DNA of 64,000 bases from Nemertoderma westbladi (lineage: Eukaryota > Animalia > Xenacoelomorpha): the NCBI GenBank assembly GCA_032718475.1, contig JAUCBJ010007572.1:1-64000 (forward strand), read 5' to 3'. The notes under the pieces are model-generated. The model had not been told where the DNA came from. It saw only the letters and a program-made list of their open reading frames with translations, and searched no databases. This document shows, one piece after another, positions 59,556 through 64,000 of this stretch (position 1 is its first letter; the number at the start of each line of letters is the position of its first letter). The position numbers and the translations under genes were made by a program.

Positions 59556-60929
59556 TAGCTCTAGAGCGAGAGTTGTAGACTTAAACGACTGGACCCAGTC
59601 TAATCCATTAAGAATATTTAGAGACACAGTAGAGCTTAGACTGCTTAGAGCATAAATATACAATATTTTAGACGTCGAATTTTTGCCTTATTGTTTATTA
59701 TGCTTAGTTTGGTAATGTTAATGATATTTTTCAATATTTTTTATAATATGTATGTATGTATATTTCTACCTATATACCTCCACCTCCAACGAGCTAAGTA
59801 ACATGTTTTTGATACTGACAATGAATAGAAGAAGGCAATTTCGACAGATGCGTTCACTTCGATTATTTGTTGCATAGTCGTAGCTATAGAATGCCAAACT
59901 ATTGTAATTGCAACTCTTTGTCGCTCAAATATTGGAATATTTTTGTGCCATGTTGAGGTAGGGCATCGTGGTTTATAATATTCGGGCGTCATTTAGTTTT
60001 AATTAATTTTTGCCTTTTAAAATGGTATTTATGGGGCGATATTTTTATGAATAATAAATATATTGTTGGTTTTTGACAACACATTCTTGAGGAGCAAATT
60101 ATTATTTAAATTTCGAATTTATAAACGTGAATTTCAAATAGATTAATATATTTTAATACCCAATAGCTGTCAATAATTGGCAATCATCGCTAGCATTCAA
60201 TGCAGTTAGAAAAAAATAATTAATTTCCATATAATTTTAGAAGTCTTTAAAAGGGTTTCTAAAGCCATAAAATTATCTCGAAGGTGATTTATTTAATATT
60301 TAATGTGATATTATAATAGTTCATTTATAAATTAGGATACTGTTTATAAAGGGTTATGGTAATATTTGTATTTTACATGTTTTATGGCTTGTTTTATTAA
60401 ATACTTGAAGAGATTATTGTTTATCTTAAGTCTCTGGCGCACTTTATTATTGCATAGCTCATAGCATCATTATAACGAATTGCGTTAACTTTTTCTTTTC
60501 TTTTGCGAGTTGTTCTGCACACATCCCGGAATGACATACTCAAAATCGGCATTGGCGATGGGTGGGGGGGAGGGGGGGGGGGGGGGGACTAGACCCAACG
60601 AAAATAAATCTCTATCGACGCAAATAACAACTGATTACGACCTAAAATTAAATTATAGCCTGTGGAATTGATTCGTTTATTGTTTTGGATAGAATAATTT
60701 CCCACTGAAACCTGCTCCTTTCCCATAATTTATAATTGACATTGTTAATTCGCCGATATGTGGTTTACGTTTTATTTCTCTGATATTTTCAACCGCAATA
60801 TTTGTTTTTTTTAGTGGGCGGTGCGGTATTTTTTTGGAAGTTAAATTTGAGGGCAATAACGTTAAAGTCATTATTGATTATTACATACACGGGCCATACC
60901 ACTGGGATACATCGCCAACCGGTCCCGCA

Positions 60930-61375
60930 ACTACTACTACTACTATCGGCATGCTGCATTTCTGCTGCATTATATATATTACGTATATAATTAAGAATGC
61001 TTTGCAGCTGTCGACAAACTCCCTATCACCCATGACATTTGCTAGAGCATCCTTATCTTTAAGGCCAGTGTCCTTTAAGAGACGTCGTAAGAAAGTCATG
61101 GGCTCTCCACCATGCTTATTCACCTCATGAGGCCGCAAAATCACAAGATTGTGCACAGGCTGGTCCTCACGGGAAAGCAATGTCCTGCAAAGCGGAGGCG
61201 GTTCCGTTCAAGTGTCAAGCCAGGGGAGACTAATGGAACACCTCCAATGATGTATAGTCTGATTGGAGATGTGTTCACTGTTCAATGATCACGGCGTTGT
61301 ATTGTGGTATAAGTGTCATCCATATATTTGGTATCCTCTGCAGTTAGAGTCCTGCATGGACTCAAATATAAGAGT
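60930..61375 (-). mobile_element. RTE-clade LINE, 3' fragment
   Basis: [32 protein letters not shown] matches the 31728-32225 ORF. (TAG)n tail at ~60930-60945. Confidence 0.85.
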
Positions 61376-61959
61376 AATGGCATACGACTATAGATACGAC
61401 CCGCCAAGCTGAGCTGCAAAGCCCCTAAATTTAGTGGGCCAGTTATTTCTCTCAGATAAACCCCGGAAACAATATGTCTAGCGCGTCGAAAGTACTTGGC
61501 CATATCTAAAATTATGTCCTCTTACAGATGAGTCAAATAAAAATGTAATAGCTCCAGTAGTTTTCGAGATATGAGGAGTTCCTGGCACCCATACCATTTC
61601 GGAACCTTTCGGAATTTATAAAATTACACAAAATACATCACCCTTCAAAGACTTTGGTATAACCATGAAACCATACTATGCTTTTTTGGTTTGTTGAATT
61701 CATTATTAGTAATCGAAAGTAAGATTAGAAGCAACATTTTCATTTTTTTATCAATATATACTAAAAGAGCACCAAAAGTGCAAGTAGCACTTTTTTCAAA
61801 CGAGGTAAATTGGCCATACAGTTTGGCTACTGAGGTTTTAGAATGTGCTGATTTCATTGGGAAGGTTTTTTCATCTACATCAAACATATCGAAGAGTTGT
61901 TTAATATAACAGCATAGGCATGTTGTTATATTATTTATTAGTCAGTTATTAGTGACCCT

Positions 61960-62740
61960 GGAGCGCGAAAAAAACAAGTAGTGGACATATGATAATGAAA
62001 AATCACCACGAAAACAAATTGATTTTATGACCATGTGGTTTTTTTGGGATGCTGATCACGAATATGACATTTGAAAATATCGCACCTTGTTGAATACGGC
62101 TTTTTTGGATACGTGTCAATGTGCGGCACGAAAAATACAAGTAGCACAAATTTCATAATGAAAAATCATTATCAAATCAACCTGATTTTATAACATTTGG
62201 GGTTTTTTGGGATGCTGATCACGAATATCACACTGAAAAATATCGTCCCTTGTTGATTACGGCTTTTTTTTCGATACGTGTCAATGTGCGGAAAGAAAAA
62301 TACAAATAGCACAAATTTCATAATGAAAAATCATTACCAAATCAACCTGATTTTATAACATTTGGGGTTTTTTGGGATGCTGATCACGAATATGACACTC
62401 ATAAATGTCGTATTATCCATCCAACCAAATTTGATTTTTTCCCTTTGAAATTTTATGCTACTTGCATTTTTCGTCCCACCAGACAAACACGAAAAACGAT
62501 AGTTGCGTTACCACGAATTATTTTTAACGAGTTGTATCGTGATAAGCGACCTTGAAAACCAGTATAGTTTCAGAATTACCAAACCAAAGGCCAAATTTAA
62601 CAGTTTCAAATTTTTGCTACTTGTACTTTTCGTTTTGGAGCACCAAAATTGGGTTTGCACATACCAGAAATATTTATAACTACTTTCATCGCGATCAGCT
62701 ACCTCGAAAACCCGTATACGTTTAGAATTATCAAACCAAA
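61960..62740. repeat. ~165-bp subrepeats, probably a DNA-transposon subterminal region
   Basis: gggatgctgatcacgaatat recurs at ~62046, ~62209 and ~62374, with diverged inverted copies downstream. Confidence 0.55.
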
Positions 62741-62872
62741 CACAAAAGTTTTTAGTTTGACAGTTGTTCAGGATAAATATCCCCGACTGAATATGAATCT
62801 CTTAATTGATTATTTATTAATTATGGTACTGGTACTACTACAGTCATAAATAATCGAACCTTAAGGTTCCGT

Positions 62873-64000
62873 TGTAGAGAGCGCAGTCTCTCAACGTTTA
62901 ATATTTTCATAAGTCAGTACAGCAGTAAGTAAAACATAAAACATAATAAGACATACAGAAAGAGATTGGAGTGTCCAGTGATAGATGCATACTGCAGTAC
63001 TGGTGCGGTGGTACTCGCATAGGTCAGCTTGAGTTCAATTCCGGTTCGATGACCCCTAATATATATGGCCACTACATGGCTCCCCCCAGATCCTGAAGTA
63101 ATAAAAATAGTCCGGCTGCCGGATGGCCCGCCCACTTCGAGTTGCTATGGTAGTTTGCGGTGGTTCGGGTGAATTGCAGGGACTGGGGGGAGGGAGGTCC
63201 GGGGGTGTCACTGTAGGTGGTCGACCACGGCGCGGTGGGATGGCCACAATGACGGGTTCATCGATAGCGAGGTGGGCTGGTTTGAGTCTGTCGATGGAGA
63301 TGGTCTCCGGACACCCGCCCACCTCGATGACGAACGTCTTTGAGCCGCGCTGTACGACCTTGTACGGCCCGGTGTAGGGCCGCTGTAAGGTGTGCGGTGA
63401 GCGTCAGTGCGTAAAAAGACATAGCCACTGGTTGTTAGTTGTGACGGCACTGACGAGTTGGGTTGGCCATGATGTGAGGTTGGTGTGGGCATGAACTGCC
63501 GTGCGTGGTTGTGGAGGCCCGGCCTGTCGAGTTCGGAGGGTCGGTTGGCGAGGCAACGAAGTCGCCAGGCACCGTGAGTGGCTCGCTGTAGACCAGCTCG
63601 GCCGACAAACAGTGGAGGTCCTCTTTGGGGGCGGTCCCGTAGCCCAGAAGGGCCCATGGCAGTTCGTCGACCCAGTTTGGTCCAGTTAGTCGGGCTCTAA
63701 GGGAGGCCTTGAGGGAACGGTGGAACCGTTCCACCAGGCCGTTTGCCTGCGGATGGTAGGCCGTCGTCCGGTGGAGTTTGGTGCCAAAGAGTCAGTTGAC
63801 GTCGGCCCACAACTCCAAGGTGAACTGACTGCCGCGGTCGGAGGATAGTTCAACCGGTACGCCGAACCGGGCGATCCAGTGGGCGACGAGAGCACGGGCG
63901 CAGCTCTCGGTTGTGGAGTCGGCGAGCGGGATGGCCTCGGGCCAACGAGTAGTCCGGTCGACGATCGTAAGCAGGTAGGTGGAGCCTCTGGATGGAGGGA
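62873..64000 (-). mobile_element. Gypsy (CsRN1-like) LTR retrotransposon 3' part: frameshifted integrase, PPT and 3' LTR
   Basis: Integrase motifs YLLTIVDR.TRWPEAIPL, WIARFGVP, SDRG.QF, ERFHRSLKASL and GPY.V are spread over frameshifted ORFs. PPT ggggggagcca lies next to the LTR 63076-62873, which is bounded by TGTAG...CTACA. The element runs off the window. Confidence 0.9.

Overview
AT-rich eukaryotic DNA with spliceosomal GT-AG introns, most likely an invertebrate animal; it is not prokaryotic. Intact genes are a 5-exon four-TM LAPTM/DUF4728-like gene (-, 7362-11816), the 6-exon PAF1-complex subunit RTF1 (+, 20356-46900, 706 aa by my splice reconstruction), an intronless LDLa4-TSP1-trypsin protease nested on the same strand in the last RTF1 intron, a calcyphosin-2-like gene (-) with an RFX X-box promoter, and a BCL11-like zinc-finger gene (+). 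There is also a frameshifted C2H2 zinc-finger pseudogene. The remainder is satellites (5, 19, 23, 33, 43, 48 and 58/62 bp units), RTE-clade LINE fragments, a CRE-like LINE fragment, tRNA-headed SINEs, MITEs and Mutator-like elements with 9-bp TSDs, and the 3' end of a Gypsy element. Main highlights: (1) an inverted, circularly permuted pair of ~340-nt units, each carrying an identical minimal type I hammerhead ribozyme, inside RTF1 intron 2 (retrozyme/Penelope-like); (2) an ~8-kb satellite amplified from the RTF1 exon 5 end plus its splice donor, giving >100 decoy donors; (3) the same-strand nested protease; (4) a perfect 130-bp palindrome. All family assignments come from motif recognition by eye, not from database searches.
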